From Alphaproteobacteria bacterium (GTDB lineage: Bacteria > Pseudomonadota > Alphaproteobacteria > Bin95), in assembly GCA_964291285.2 (NCBI GenBank), contig OZ219785.1, forward strand, positions 1,172,253 to 1,236,252: a DNA stretch of 64,000 nucleotides, written 5' to 3'. The notes under the pieces are model-generated. The model ran no database searches, had not been told where the DNA came from, and was given only the letters and a program-made list of their open reading frames with translations. Below are positions 43,200-53,073 of the stretch, one piece after another (the first letter of the stretch is position 1; every line of letters starts with the position of its first letter). The position numbers and the translations under genes are program-made.

Positions 43200-44930
43200 C
43201 TACTCGATCGACGCCCTGTCGCGCCTGTCGGTGGTGGCGAGCACGATCGGGCTGATGACGCCCTTCGCCTTGACGTTCAGGCAGGCCGGCCTGCCGCTTG
43301 CGAGCGCGCGCCGGAGCGCCGGGCCCAGCTGCTCGCGCGTCTCCACCAGTTCGCCATGGCCGCCCATGCCCTCGAAGATGCCGTGAAACGGGATGTCGCG
43401 GAAATCCGTGGCGAAATGCCCGCCGCTCTCGAACAGGCGCTCCTGCTGCTGGGAGATGCAGTCGAGGCCGCCATTATTGTCGATCACCACCACGATCGGG
43501 CAGTCCTCCTGGAACGCCGCCTCGATGCTGAGGCCGCCGGAAAGGAACGCCCCGTCGCCGCTGATCAGCACGACGTTGCTGTCGGGATGGGTGTTCTTGG
43601 CCGAGAGCGCGAGCGAGACGCCGACGCCGAGCAGCGAATAGGAGCCCGGATGCAGCACACCGGCGAGCTTCTTGCCCTCCCAGCCCGCGACATTCACCGC
43701 GATCTCCGACCAGAAGTGGGTGTTGCCGCCGTCGAAGACCAGCCAGTCCTTTTCCGAGAGCGCGCGGTTGACGTCGATGGCAAGCTGGAGCGGGTGCATC
43801 TTCCCGCCGCTCGCCGCGCCCGCCTCATTGTCGGCGTCGAGATCGGCCAGCGTCCGCTCGACCCATTCGCCGCGCCTCGCGCGGTTGAGCGCGAACCAGG
43901 CCTCGTCGAACGGGGCGAGCGTCATCAGGCTGTCGAAAAAGGCGCCCGGATCGCTGAGCAGCACCCGGTCGGCGGCCCGGTTCAGCTCCAGCTCCTCATG
44001 GCTGCCGTTCACGCAGACCAGCTCGCAGCTTTCCGGGAACATCGGCGGGTTGCCGAAATTCATCTGGTTGTCGAGGCGCCCGCCGACCATGACCGCCACA
44101 TCGCAATGTTCCGCGGCGAAGCAGTAGGGCGGATACTGGTGCCGGTCCGCCAGCCCCATATAGGCCTCGCTCTCCTCGCCCAGCAATTTCTGGTGGTAGG
44201 GCACGTTGAAAACCGGGATGTTGAGGGCGCGCCCGGCCTCTTCCAGCTTCTTCTCGTTGCCGGACCACCACACGCCGTGCCCGCCGATCAGGATCGGGCG
44301 GCGCGCGGCGGCCAGCCGTTCCATCAGCGGGCCGAGGTCGCGCGGGTCGGGCCATGCCCGCGGAGCCGGCCGGCTTGCGCGGTGGAAGGGGCGCTCGTCC
44401 CGCCCGGCGTCCTCGTCCACCGAAGAGAACATGAGGTCCACGGGCAGGCTGAGATGGACCGGGCCCGGATAGCCGCTCGTCGCGATCTTCCAAGCGCGGT
44501 CCACGAACTCGCCGATCCGCGTCCCGTCCGTGATGCTGGCGGAATATTTCGTCAGCGGCCCGGCGATGGCGACGTCGTCGATCTCCTTGAAGCCGCCGGC
44601 GCCCTGGCGCTTCAGGGTGCTCGAGCCGGTGATGAAGATGACCGGCGAGCGCTCGCCCCACGCTTCCATGATCGCCGGCATCGCGTTGGCGAAGCCTTCC
44701 GGCCCCACCAGGCAGACGGCCGGCTTGCGCGTGATGCGCGTGTGCCCGTCCGCCAGATGCCCGGCGACCTGTTCGTGCGGGCAGTTCACCACCCTCGTCT
44801 GGCACTCCATGAAGCCCTCGAGCGCGGGATTGCAGAACCCGCCGGCAAGCGTGAAGACATGCTCCACGCCCTTCTCGTGCAACGCCCGCGCCAGCACATT
44901 CCCGCCCCGAAGGCGTCTCGTTCCGGTCAT
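43200..44930 (-). CDS. thiamine diphosphate-dependent enzyme (AHAS/HACL-like fold)
   Basis: HEQVAGHLADG, PGPVHLSLPVD, SGDGAF...DNN ThDP motif; ATG at 44930. Confidence 0.9.
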   Translation of the reverse strand: MTGTRRLRGGNVLARALHEKGVEHVFTLAGGFCNPALEGFMECQTRVVNCPHEQVAGHLADGHTRITRKPAVCLVGPEGFANAMPAIMEAWGERSPVIFITGSSTLKRQGAGGFKEIDDVAIAGPLTKYSASITDGTRIGEFVDRAWKIATSGYPGPVHLSLPVDLMFSSVDEDAGRDERPFHRASRPAPRAWPDPRDLGPLMERLAAARRPILIGGHGVWWSGNEKKLEEAGRALNIPVFNVPYHQKLLGEESEAYMGLADRHQYPPYCFAAEHCDVAVMVGGRLDNQMNFGNPPMFPESCELVCVNGSHEELELNRAADRVLLSDPGAFFDSLMTLAPFDEAWFALNRARRGEWVERTLADLDADNEAGAASGGKMHPLQLAIDVNRALSEKDWLVFDGGNTHFWSEIAVNVAGWEGKKLAGVLHPGSYSLLGVGVSLALSAKNTHPDSNVVLISGDGAFLSGGLSIEAAFQEDCPIVVVIDNNGGLDCISQQQERLFESGGHFATDFRDIPFHGIFEGMGGHGELVETREQLGPALRRALASGRPACLNVKAKGVISPIVLATTDRRDRASIE

Positions 44931-45213
44931 CCGTCGATCCCCTGCCGGCCGAAGCAGCGATATTGCCGGCCCGCGCGAATGGTAGCGGATAGCCATTCCA
45001 GCCGACAGACGGGGGCCTCGCCGTCGGCGCAAGAGGCCGGGCCGCCCTGCCCGTTCGCAGGGAGCGCGGGCCTGCCGCGACAGAATGGCGCGCCCGATTC
45101 GGTAAACTTCCCGGACCCTCATCGGAATAAGGGACTATCCGATGCGGAGGAATACCGTCGATGACAGGTCAGGGCAGGACAGCCGGGAAACGCTGCAATG
45201 CCGGGGGCAGGCG

Positions 45214-46461
45214 ATGAGGCTGCGCATCCACCGGGGAACGCAGGAGATCGGCGGCACCTGCATCGAAGTGGAGGCGGCGGGCAAGCGCCTCGCGCTCGAT
45301 GCCGGCCTGCCGCTCGACGCGCCCGACGAGGGGCAGGAGACGCTACTTCCCGAGGTCCCCGGCTTCCGCGAGCCGGACCCGGGCCTGCTCGGCATCGTCA
45401 TCTCGCACGGCCATATGGACCATTACGGGCTGGCGAAGCATGTCCGCCCGGAAGTGCCGGTCTGGATCGGCGAAGCGACGCACAACATCCTCAAGGCCGC
45501 CAGTCCCTGGGTGCCGAACGGCCATGCCTTCCCGGACCCGCAGTTTCTGGCCGACCGGCGGCCGTTCGAAATCGGGCCGTTCCGTATCACGCCCTTCCTC
45601 GTCGATCACAGCGCCTTCGACGCTTATGCGCTCATGGTCGAGGCGGACGGCAAGCGGGTCTTCTACTCGGGTGACTTCCGCGCGCACGGCCGCAAGGGGG
45701 CGCTGTTCGAGAAACTGCTCCGCAACCCGCCGCAGGACATCGACGCGCTGCTGATGGAAGGCACCACGCTCGGCCGGATGGGCACGGAGGAGGGATTCGC
45801 GACCGAGTCCGACCTGGAAGAGCGGTTCGCCGAGGCGTTCCGGCACACGGAGGGCATGCATTTCGTCTGGACCTCCTCGCAGAACATCGACCGGATCGTC
45901 ACCATCTTCCGCGCCGCGAAAAAGACGGGCCGGGCGCTGCTGATCGACCCCTACACGGCGGTCGTGCTGGAAGCCACGGGACGGGACACCATCCCGCAAT
46001 CGCACTGGCCGGAAGTCAGGCTCTACGTCCCGCAGCGCCAGCGCGTGTCCATCAAGAAGAAGGGGCTGTTCGCGGACCTCGAACGGCACAGCCGGAACCG
46101 CGTCTTCGATGAAGCCCTGCCGGCCCTTGCCGAACGTGCCGTCATGCTGTTCCGCCCCATGGCGATGTCCGACCGGGGCGTCCGGTCGGTGCTGGAGGGC
46201 GCCGACTTCACCTACTCGATGTGGGACGGCTATCTGAAGGAGGCCTCGTCGCAGCCGGTCCTTCGCTGGCTGGAGCGCAACGGCATCGCATGGGCGTCCA
46301 TCCACACCTCCGGCCACGCCTCGACCGCCGACCTGCAACGCTTCGCCGCCGCCCTTGCCCTCCGCGCCCTCGTGCCCATACATTCCTTCGAAACCGGGCG
46401 CTTCCCGGAGTATTTCGACAATGTCGTCCCGAGAGCGGACGGCGAGTGGTGGGAGGTGTGA
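45214..46461 (+). CDS. short RNase J-like beta-CASP metallo-beta-lactamase nuclease
   Basis: EIGGTCIE, SHGHMDH, VDHS, YSGDFRAHG, MEGT, HTSGHA, VPIH. Confidence 0.88.
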   Translation: MRLRIHRGTQEIGGTCIEVEAAGKRLALDAGLPLDAPDEGQETLLPEVPGFREPDPGLLGIVISHGHMDHYGLAKHVRPEVPVWIGEATHNILKAASPWVPNGHAFPDPQFLADRRPFEIGPFRITPFLVDHSAFDAYALMVEADGKRVFYSGDFRAHGRKGALFEKLLRNPPQDIDALLMEGTTLGRMGTEEGFATESDLEERFAEAFRHTEGMHFVWTSSQNIDRIVTIFRAAKKTGRALLIDPYTAVVLEATGRDTIPQSHWPEVRLYVPQRQRVSIKKKGLFADLERHSRNRVFDEALPALAERAVMLFRPMAMSDRGVRSVLEGADFTYSMWDGYLKEASSQPVLRWLERNGIAWASIHTSGHASTADLQRFAAALALRALVPIHSFETGRFPEYFDNVVPRADGEWWEV

Positions 46462-46468
46462 AAGGACG

Positions 46469-46798
46469 ATGGCCTCTTCCGTATTCCAGAACCCGGACCT
46501 GCTGACCGCCTGGGCGACGATGGGACTGTTCGCCACGACGCTGCTGGTGGGCGGCGCGACCTGCTTCCTGATCTGGACCGGCATCCGGGAGATGCGCCGT
46601 TCCTCAGACCAGCGCGCCCGCGACCGCCAGGAAACCCGCGAGGCGGACCTCCGCCGCCACAAAGAGGCGCTGGAGGAAGGCCGCCGTCTCCACCAAGAGG
46701 TGCAGGAAGAAGGCCGGCGGCGGCACGAGGAAGCCATGGCGGCACTTAGCGCGCTGATCGAGCGCACAGCGCCGCCGGCCGCGCAGGAAACGCCGTGA
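46469..46798 (+). CDS. membrane-anchored charged coiled-coil protein
   Basis: AAAGGA RBS; one hydrophobic helix, then repeats EEGRRLHQE / EEGRRRHEE. Confidence 0.7.
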   Translation: MASSVFQNPDLLTAWATMGLFATTLLVGGATCFLIWTGIREMRRSSDQRARDRQETREADLRRHKEALEEGRRLHQEVQEEGRRRHEEAMAALSALIERTAPPAAQETP

Positions 46799-46962
46799 TG
46801 CACCACAAACGGGGAAGGCCGAGGAACCGCCGCGCAGGATGCAAGATGTGCAAGCCGTGGAAGGCGAACGGAGTCAGGACCGAAAGCGCGGAGGGCGAGC
46901 GCCGCTCGGACCATGTCCGACGGCGGGCGGCGGATGAGGAAGTTAGGAAGGCGTTGAGGTAG
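46798..46962 (+). CDS. 54-aa basic CxxC microprotein
   Basis: TGATG overlap with upstream stop; MHHKRGRPRNRRAGCKMCKPWKANGVRTESAEGERRSDHVRRRAADEEVRKALR; not in ORF track. Confidence 0.6.
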   Translation: MHHKRGRPRNRRAGCKMCKPWKANGVRTESAEGERRSDHVRRRAADEEVRKALR

Positions 46963-47012
46963 CCGACGACAATGTCATCCTGAGGGCAAATGACGAGCAG
47001 TGGGAAGTCTAA

Positions 47013-48830
47013 GCTCGACTTTGTGCATTATGCTGCGAAGCAGAGGGCGTACTGCATCCGCCTTATCTTGTCGGGCGGAATTATGTTTGGTTCCCGGTGT
47101 GGCGGGGAGCGCGATAAATTGTTTCCAAGCCAGAGTTGGCATCGTATGGCCGCGATTGCATCGGAGAATGTGACGCTGGTTTTCTGGTACCAGGCGGCGG
47201 CGTAGGACAGGTGGTTTGTCGAGAGCACGTCTGTGGCCCAGAGGCAGACGAGGCTGTAGAGCCCGCAGAGGACGGGGGTGGTTCGTGCGATCGCCGCGTG
47301 TGACCACTGGCGTTGTGTTTCGAGCCCGAGATGGGCGCGCAGTTCCTGGAAGGTGACCTCGACCTGCCAGCGCCGCACGAAGGTGGCGATGATCTTGGCC
47401 GGCTCCATGTTGGTGTCGGTGCAGAAGAACGCCTGCGGGTCCCGCTCGCCTTCCGGGTCTCGCACCAGCACCCATCGGATGGCCTTGGGAGGTGTGCCGG
47501 GACGATACCAGAGCGCGGTATCGGAGATGATCTGGAGTGTCTTTTCCTTCGAACTTCCGTACCAGCGCGGAAGCGTGATGCTTGTCCAGCGGGCATCGGG
47601 GTCGTCAAGGCGGGTCTGGAGCTTGGGCAGGGGCGGCCCCTTTTGCCGGGGTCGACCGCGTTTGTTCGGGTCGCGCGGCGGCGGGGGCGCGAAGAGGTTG
47701 GCATCGAGCCTCAGCCTGCTGATGAGGGTTGCGCGCTGTCCGATGCGCCAGGCGAGTTCGTGGGTTCCGAAACTGCTGTCGGCGACGAAGACGATCGCGC
47801 GTTGCGGGACCCAGCGAAGGATTTGAAGCATGCCCTGTCGCGCCCAGTCGGTGAGTTGCTTGTGACGCCGGCCTTGCCTGGCGGCGAAGCGTTCGGACGG
47901 GGCCAGGATGGTCAGGAAGGGCAGGGCCCTGATGCCCGGCGACCAGGGCAGCGGGACAAGCAGCATGAAGCTGAGCCAGCGCAGCCCGCTGGTCTTGACG
48001 AAATGGCCATGGCTGGAACGCACCGGGTCGCGATAGATGCCGCGCGCCTTGATACGCGCGCCCCAGCGGCGCTCGATGGTGTCATCGAGCCCGATGATGA
48101 TCGGTCCCTGCCCGGCAAGCCGCGCCACCAGCACGAGCACGAGCCGGCGTGAAAGGTCACGCGGGTCCCAGCGGGCGCGATTGAGAACCTGATGGTAGGA
48201 CGAGAATGTCTCGCACATCGCCCGCCCGGTCACCCGCAGGCAGGCCGACACGGTTCTCTTGCCCGGCGCCAGCAACGCTCCCATGACCAGAACCGCCACC
48301 AGCCGCCAGGTCGGGGATGAGAAGGCGCCTCGAAAGGGCTCCAGCCAGTCGATCAGGAACGGCGGAACCGGATCGCCGATGGCGCTCGAAGGGTCGTCGA
48401 AATGTGTCATGACGACCTTCGAATCCAGAAGCATCCGGCATGCAAGGGCGCCCGCATGCGACCGGGTGAATCAGCATCGCTGCAGCGACAGAAGCCATCC
48501 AATCCGATATCACTGCTTCATGGCCGCATCCGACCCCTGTCTGGCGCGCATCGAAGCGTTCAACAAATCCAGGGGCGGGGGCGTGACGGTCACCAGGGTG
48601 CGCGGCGGCTACAATCTGTATCTCACGGCCACGCAGGCACCGATCGCAAGGCTCCAGCCGAAAGGCTCAGGTGACAAGATGAGGGTGCGCTACTGGTCCT
48701 GGCGCCAGTCCTGGCAGGACGTCGGAGACATGGGGGGCATCGTGCTCCCGCTCGAACAGGCCCTCGACGAAATCGCCAAAAACGAGATCTTCTGGACATG
48801 GACGTGAGGTAATTTTGTACAAAGTCGAGC
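47013..48830 (-). mobile_element. IS701-like element with passenger gene
   Basis: IRs GCTCGACTTTGTGCA (47013) / TGTACAAAGTCGAGC (48816-48830); transposase 47028..48434 (GLDDT, VADSSF, RRWQVEVTFQELRAHLG). Confidence 0.85.
48520..48807 (+). CDS. passenger protein, DUF3024-like
   Basis: PIARL....RVRYWSWRQSW....LEQALDEIAKNEIFW; lies inside the IS701-like IRs, divergent from the transposase. Confidence 0.6.
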   Translation: MAASDPCLARIEAFNKSRGGGVTVTRVRGGYNLYLTATQAPIARLQPKGSGDKMRVRYWSWRQSWQDVGDMGGIVLPLEQALDEIAKNEIFWTWT

Positions 48831-48833
48831 TGA

Positions 48834-49764
48834 GAGCCTGACTCGAAACTCGCTGAAGTTTTTCAAGGCCTTGCGAGTCGGCGTGTTGTGAGCCGGATAT
48901 GGGCGATGTTGATCCATGCTTCGCTTGAGGCGATGGATTTTTCCCAGTCTTTTGCCAGCCTGCGGCAGCGCCCGAGCCATGCGAAGGTGCGTTCGACGAC
49001 CCATCGTCCGGGGAGGACTTCGAAGCCGTTGGCGGTGTCGGAGCGTTTGACGATTTCGAGCGTCCACTTGCCGATCCTGTCGAGGGCGCCGCGCAGTTTC
49101 GGCCCGGCATATCCGCCATCGGCGAACAGATGACGCAGCCAGGGGCAGGCGTGGCGGATGGATTTCAGCACGGCCGGGGCGCCGTCGCGGTCCTGAACGT
49201 CGGCGGCATGTACGACGAGGCCGAAGAGCATGCCGATGGTGTCGACGACAGCGTGGCGCTTGCGCCCTTTGACCTTCTTGCCGGCGTCATAGCCGCTAAC
49301 CCCGCCTGCCTCCGTGGTTTTCACCGTCTGGCTGTCGATCACGCCCGCGCTCGGCTGGGCCTCGCGCCCCTCGCGTTCGCGCGCCTGCACGGCCAGGTGG
49401 AACCGGATCGTCTGCCACAGCCTGTTGTCGCGCCACTCGTAGAAATAGCGCTGCACCGTCGAGACCGGCGGAAAGTCCTTCGGCAGCTGGCGCCACTGAC
49501 AACCGGTCGTGGCCATATACAGCACCGCATTTACGACCTCGCGCAGATCGGTCTGGCGCGGGCGACCGATACGGCAGGGCAACGGCATGAAGGGCTCGAT
49601 CAGAGACCACTCAGCGTCGGTCAGATCGCTTGCATATCGTGGGCAGTCCCGCCGATACTCCCGGCGAGCGGTTTCGGTCCAGGGCATTCGTGGCTCCGTT
49701 CAGATGCATAACCGAACTGAATCACAATCCCTTGAAACCGCTCAACTCTTTTTGGGTCAGGCTC
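48834..49764 (-). mobile_element. IS5 family (IS1031 group) element
   Basis: IRs GAGCCTGACTCGAAA / TTTGGGTCAGGCTC; single ORF 48863..49687 (YASDLTDAEW, IDSQT, GYDAGKKVKGRKRH, RWVVERTFAW). Confidence 0.93.
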
Positions 49765-49782
49765 TAAGAGAAAGAAAAGACA

Positions 49783-50676
49783 ATGGCCAAGATATTTAGT
49801 AGGGGACTCAAGTGTGAATTTGTTCAAGCCCTCAATCAGGCTTATGACGAGAAGGACAGTTGGTGGCGAGCACTAGTTGACGACAAAACACTGTTTGTTG
49901 GAATCCGAAATAACTACATTAATATATATTTTAATGGTGGTAGTATTCTTGAGCTGAAATACAATTCATCCAAAGGTTTATTTGGGAGCACTCATTTCAA
50001 ATACTTGTTGAATTTAACACGAGAGACAGTACGCAGAGATTATGTCAAGTTTGAGAATGGTAAATTTCATGAGGTTAGAATAATGGACTCTTACACGGAT
50101 ATCGGAAAAGATATAGGGAAGATAAAGGATGCAGTTAAACGACATCAAGGAGACGAAAAGAAAGGTGTACATCAAATTTCAATCGATAACAGGAATGTGA
50201 TAGACGTGGAGATTCAATTCCCGGGCACAAAAGGACGTATAGACTTTGCAGCTTTGCAGAAGATAAATGGAGAAATAAAAATTGTATTCTTTGAAGCAAA
50301 ATTATACTCTAATAGCGAACTCCGGAGCCCATCGGTAAACCCCAGAATTTTCACACAGATCATGCAATACGAAAATATTTTGTCTAGCAGGCGTGACGAG
50401 ATAGAAAAGTCGTATGCTCGGGTAGCAAAGAATATTGTGCTAATTAATGGCTGGAATCGACGCCGAGATAACATATTTTTCGAAGCAGCAAACGGCAACT
50501 TGTCGGTTGATCCAAAAGTTCGGCTGGCTATTTTCGGATTTGATGACCCCCAAAAGAGTGCTGCCAATAGCCCGGACGGACTGTTTTCCCGTATGAAAGC
50601 TGGCCTTGATGAAACTCGCGTCCTTGCCAAAGGAGATTCCCATTACTTCCGGTCAGCAATAAGATCTCCTGAATGA
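49783..50676 (+). CDS. AT-rich PD-(D/E)XK-like putative nuclease
   Basis: GIRNNYINIYFNGGS; EKKGVHQI..VIDVE..RIDFAAL..IVFFEAK..QIMQY pattern; codon usage unlike host. Confidence 0.7.
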   Translation: MAKIFSRGLKCEFVQALNQAYDEKDSWWRALVDDKTLFVGIRNNYINIYFNGGSILELKYNSSKGLFGSTHFKYLLNLTRETVRRDYVKFENGKFHEVRIMDSYTDIGKDIGKIKDAVKRHQGDEKKGVHQISIDNRNVIDVEIQFPGTKGRIDFAALQKINGEIKIVFFEAKLYSNSELRSPSVNPRIFTQIMQYENILSSRRDEIEKSYARVAKNIVLINGWNRRRDNIFFEAANGNLSVDPKVRLAIFGFDDPQKSAANSPDGLFSRMKAGLDETRVLAKGDSHYFRSAIRSPE

Positions 50677-50744
50677 GCAGATGAATCGCGGGCACGTTGG
50701 CGTACTGCTCGAAAGCAAAGATCGACAGCCCTCATTGGCCTCGC

Positions 50745-51482
50745 CTACTCCAACATCGCCGCCCTGAGCCGTTCCCGCTCCGCCGCGCCGAAGCCCACCG
50801 CGCGGTCCAGCCAGCCTTCGAGCCCGCCATACTCCCGGTCCAGTGTGGCCCAGGACGCAGCCAGATATTCCTCCCTCGCGGAGAAGACGGGTTCGTAGAT
50901 TTCGCGGGGCAGGCCTTCGGGTTCGCGGCCTCCCCGGTCCCAGTGGCGGTTGGTGAGCAGGTAGTCCTCCATGATCGTCTCGCGCGGGACGCCGAGCGCC
51001 TCCAGCACCACGGCGGCGGCGAAGCCGGTGCGGTCCTTGCCGGCGGTGCAGTGGAAGAGCAGCGGCGGCGCGCCCTCCGCCGCGAGCCGCTTCAGGATCG
51101 CACGGCAGGCGGGCGCATATTTGTCCGGATAACGGGCGTAACCGTCCCTGAGCCGCGTCCACGCGGCCTCCGCCGAGGACACGCCGCCTGCGTGCATCGT
51201 CTCCAGCAACGAGTTCGCCGGCGAGTCCGGCAAGCCGATATGCACGCTCGCGACCGATTCGGGCAGGAGGGCCGGCTCGCCCGCGCGCTCCGGCCCGTAG
51301 CGCAGGTCCAGCGCCTCCTCGAGGCCGAGCGCCGCCAGCGTCGCGCCGTCGCCGGGCGTCAGCCGGTGCAGCCCGGCGGCCCGGAACAGGCGGCGCCAGC
51401 GGACCCGGCGGCCGTCAAGGGCCTCGTAACCGCCGAGGTCGCGGAAATTCGTGGCGCCGTCGAGCGCGATCAGCCGGTGCAT
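50745..51482 (-). CDS. tyrosine-protein phosphatase family protein
   Basis: NFRDLGGY, DLR, FHCTAGKDRTG, EDYLLTN. Confidence 0.92.
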   Translation of the reverse strand: MHRLIALDGATNFRDLGGYEALDGRRVRWRRLFRAAGLHRLTPGDGATLAALGLEEALDLRYGPERAGEPALLPESVASVHIGLPDSPANSLLETMHAGGVSSAEAAWTRLRDGYARYPDKYAPACRAILKRLAAEGAPPLLFHCTAGKDRTGFAAAVVLEALGVPRETIMEDYLLTNRHWDRGGREPEGLPREIYEPVFSAREEYLAASWATLDREYGGLEGWLDRAVGFGAAERERLRAAMLE

Positions 51483-51555
51483 GGCGGCGGTTATCCCCCC
51501 TTTCCAGAATATCCCCAGAGACTCGACTATACTGCGCCGGTCTAATGGCGCTCCC

Positions 51556-53073
51556 ATGACAGCACAAGCCGATCCCTGGTTCGCCGAAGAGCCGTCCTTC
51601 GAGGCCCCGCCCGACGACGGCCCCGCCTACCGCGAGCTTCCGTCCAACCTGGAGATCGAGATGGCGTTGCTCGGCGCGATCCTGGTGGACAACCGCCTTC
51701 TGGAGCAGGTGGGCGACTTCCTGGAACCGGACCATTTCTTCGACCCCAGCCACCGGCGCATCTACGAGGCCGTCCAGCGCATGACCGAACGCGGCGGCCA
51801 GGCGAGCCCCGCGACGCTGAGGGACCATTTCCAGCAGCAGGACCGGCTGGCCGATGTCGGCGGGCCGCGCTACCTGGCGGAACTGGCCGCGAGCGCCATC
51901 GGCGTCATCGACGCGGTCTCCTTCGGACAGGCCATCCACGACCTGCATCTGCGCCGCGCGCTCATCTCCATCGGCGGCGAGGTGGTCAACGAGGCCTATG
52001 ACAGCGACCTCGAACTGACCGCCGCCGGGCGAATCGAAAAGGCGGAGCACCGGCTGTTCGAGCTCGCCACGACCGGCGCCGAACACACGGGCTTCCGGCC
52101 GTTCTCCGGGACGCTCGCATCCGCCATCGACATGGCCGAAAGCGCCTTCCGCCGCGAAGGCAGCCTGACGGGCGTGACGACCGGCTTCCGGGACATCGAT
52201 GCGAAGCTGGGGGGCCTCCAGCGCTCCGACCTCCTCGTGCTGGCCGGGCGGCCCGGCATGGGCAAGACCGCGCTCGCGACCAATATCGCCTTCAACGCCG
52301 CGCGGGCGCGCGTCCGGGAGCGCGGCGAGGACGACGAGGTCCACGAGATCGACGGCTATGCGGTGGCCTTCTTCTCGCTTGAGATGTCGGCCGAGCAGCT
52401 GGCGCTGCGCATTCTGTCGGAACAGGCGCAGGTTTCCTCCGACGAGATCCGGCGCGGGCGCATCAGCCAGGCCGAGTTCGACGCGGTGGTCCGGGCAAGC
52501 CAGGAGCTGGAACACCTGAAGCTCTTCATCGACGACACGCCGGCGATCACGGTCTCGCAACTCCGCACCCGCGCGCGGCGCCTGCTGCGGAGCAACGGGC
52601 GCCTGGACCTCGTCGTGGTGGACTATATCCAGCTCATGCAGCCGGGCGGCGGGCGGCGGCCGGAAAACCGCGTGCAGGAAGTCTCGGAGATCACCCGCGG
52701 CCTCAAGACCGTGGCCAAGGAGCTTGACCTGCCGATCCTCGCCCTTTCCCAGCTTTCCCGCGCCGTGGAGCAGCGCGAGGACAAGCGCCCGCACCTTGCG
52801 GACCTGCGCGAATCGGGCTCTATCGAACAGGATGCCGACGTGGTGATGTTCATCTACCGGGAGGAATACTACCTCGCCCGCCAGGAGCCCGATCCGAACA
52901 GCGACAAACACGCGGAATGGAAGGCGAAGATGGAGGACGTCTATAATCTGGCCGACGTGATCGTCGCCAAGCAGCGCCACGGGCCGACCGGCAAGATCGA
53001 GCTGTATTTCGAGGGACGTTTCACGCGCTTCGGCGACCTCGAAAAGAACCGGAATGGCGAGCCCCCCGTCTGA
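51556..53073 (+). CDS. dnaB: replicative DNA helicase
   Basis: AGRPGMGKT, FFSLEMS, VVDYIQL, LSQLSRAVEQREDKRP, DLRESGSIEQDAD, KQRHGPTG. Confidence 0.97.
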   Translation: MTAQADPWFAEEPSFEAPPDDGPAYRELPSNLEIEMALLGAILVDNRLLEQVGDFLEPDHFFDPSHRRIYEAVQRMTERGGQASPATLRDHFQQQDRLADVGGPRYLAELAASAIGVIDAVSFGQAIHDLHLRRALISIGGEVVNEAYDSDLELTAAGRIEKAEHRLFELATTGAEHTGFRPFSGTLASAIDMAESAFRREGSLTGVTTGFRDIDAKLGGLQRSDLLVLAGRPGMGKTALATNIAFNAARARVRERGEDDEVHEIDGYAVAFFSLEMSAEQLALRILSEQAQVSSDEIRRGRISQAEFDAVVRASQELEHLKLFIDDTPAITVSQLRTRARRLLRSNGRLDLVVVDYIQLMQPGGGRRPENRVQEVSEITRGLKTVAKELDLPILALSQLSRAVEQREDKRPHLADLRESGSIEQDADVVMFIYREEYYLARQEPDPNSDKHAEWKAKMEDVYNLADVIVAKQRHGPTGKIELYFEGRFTRFGDLEKNRNGEPPV

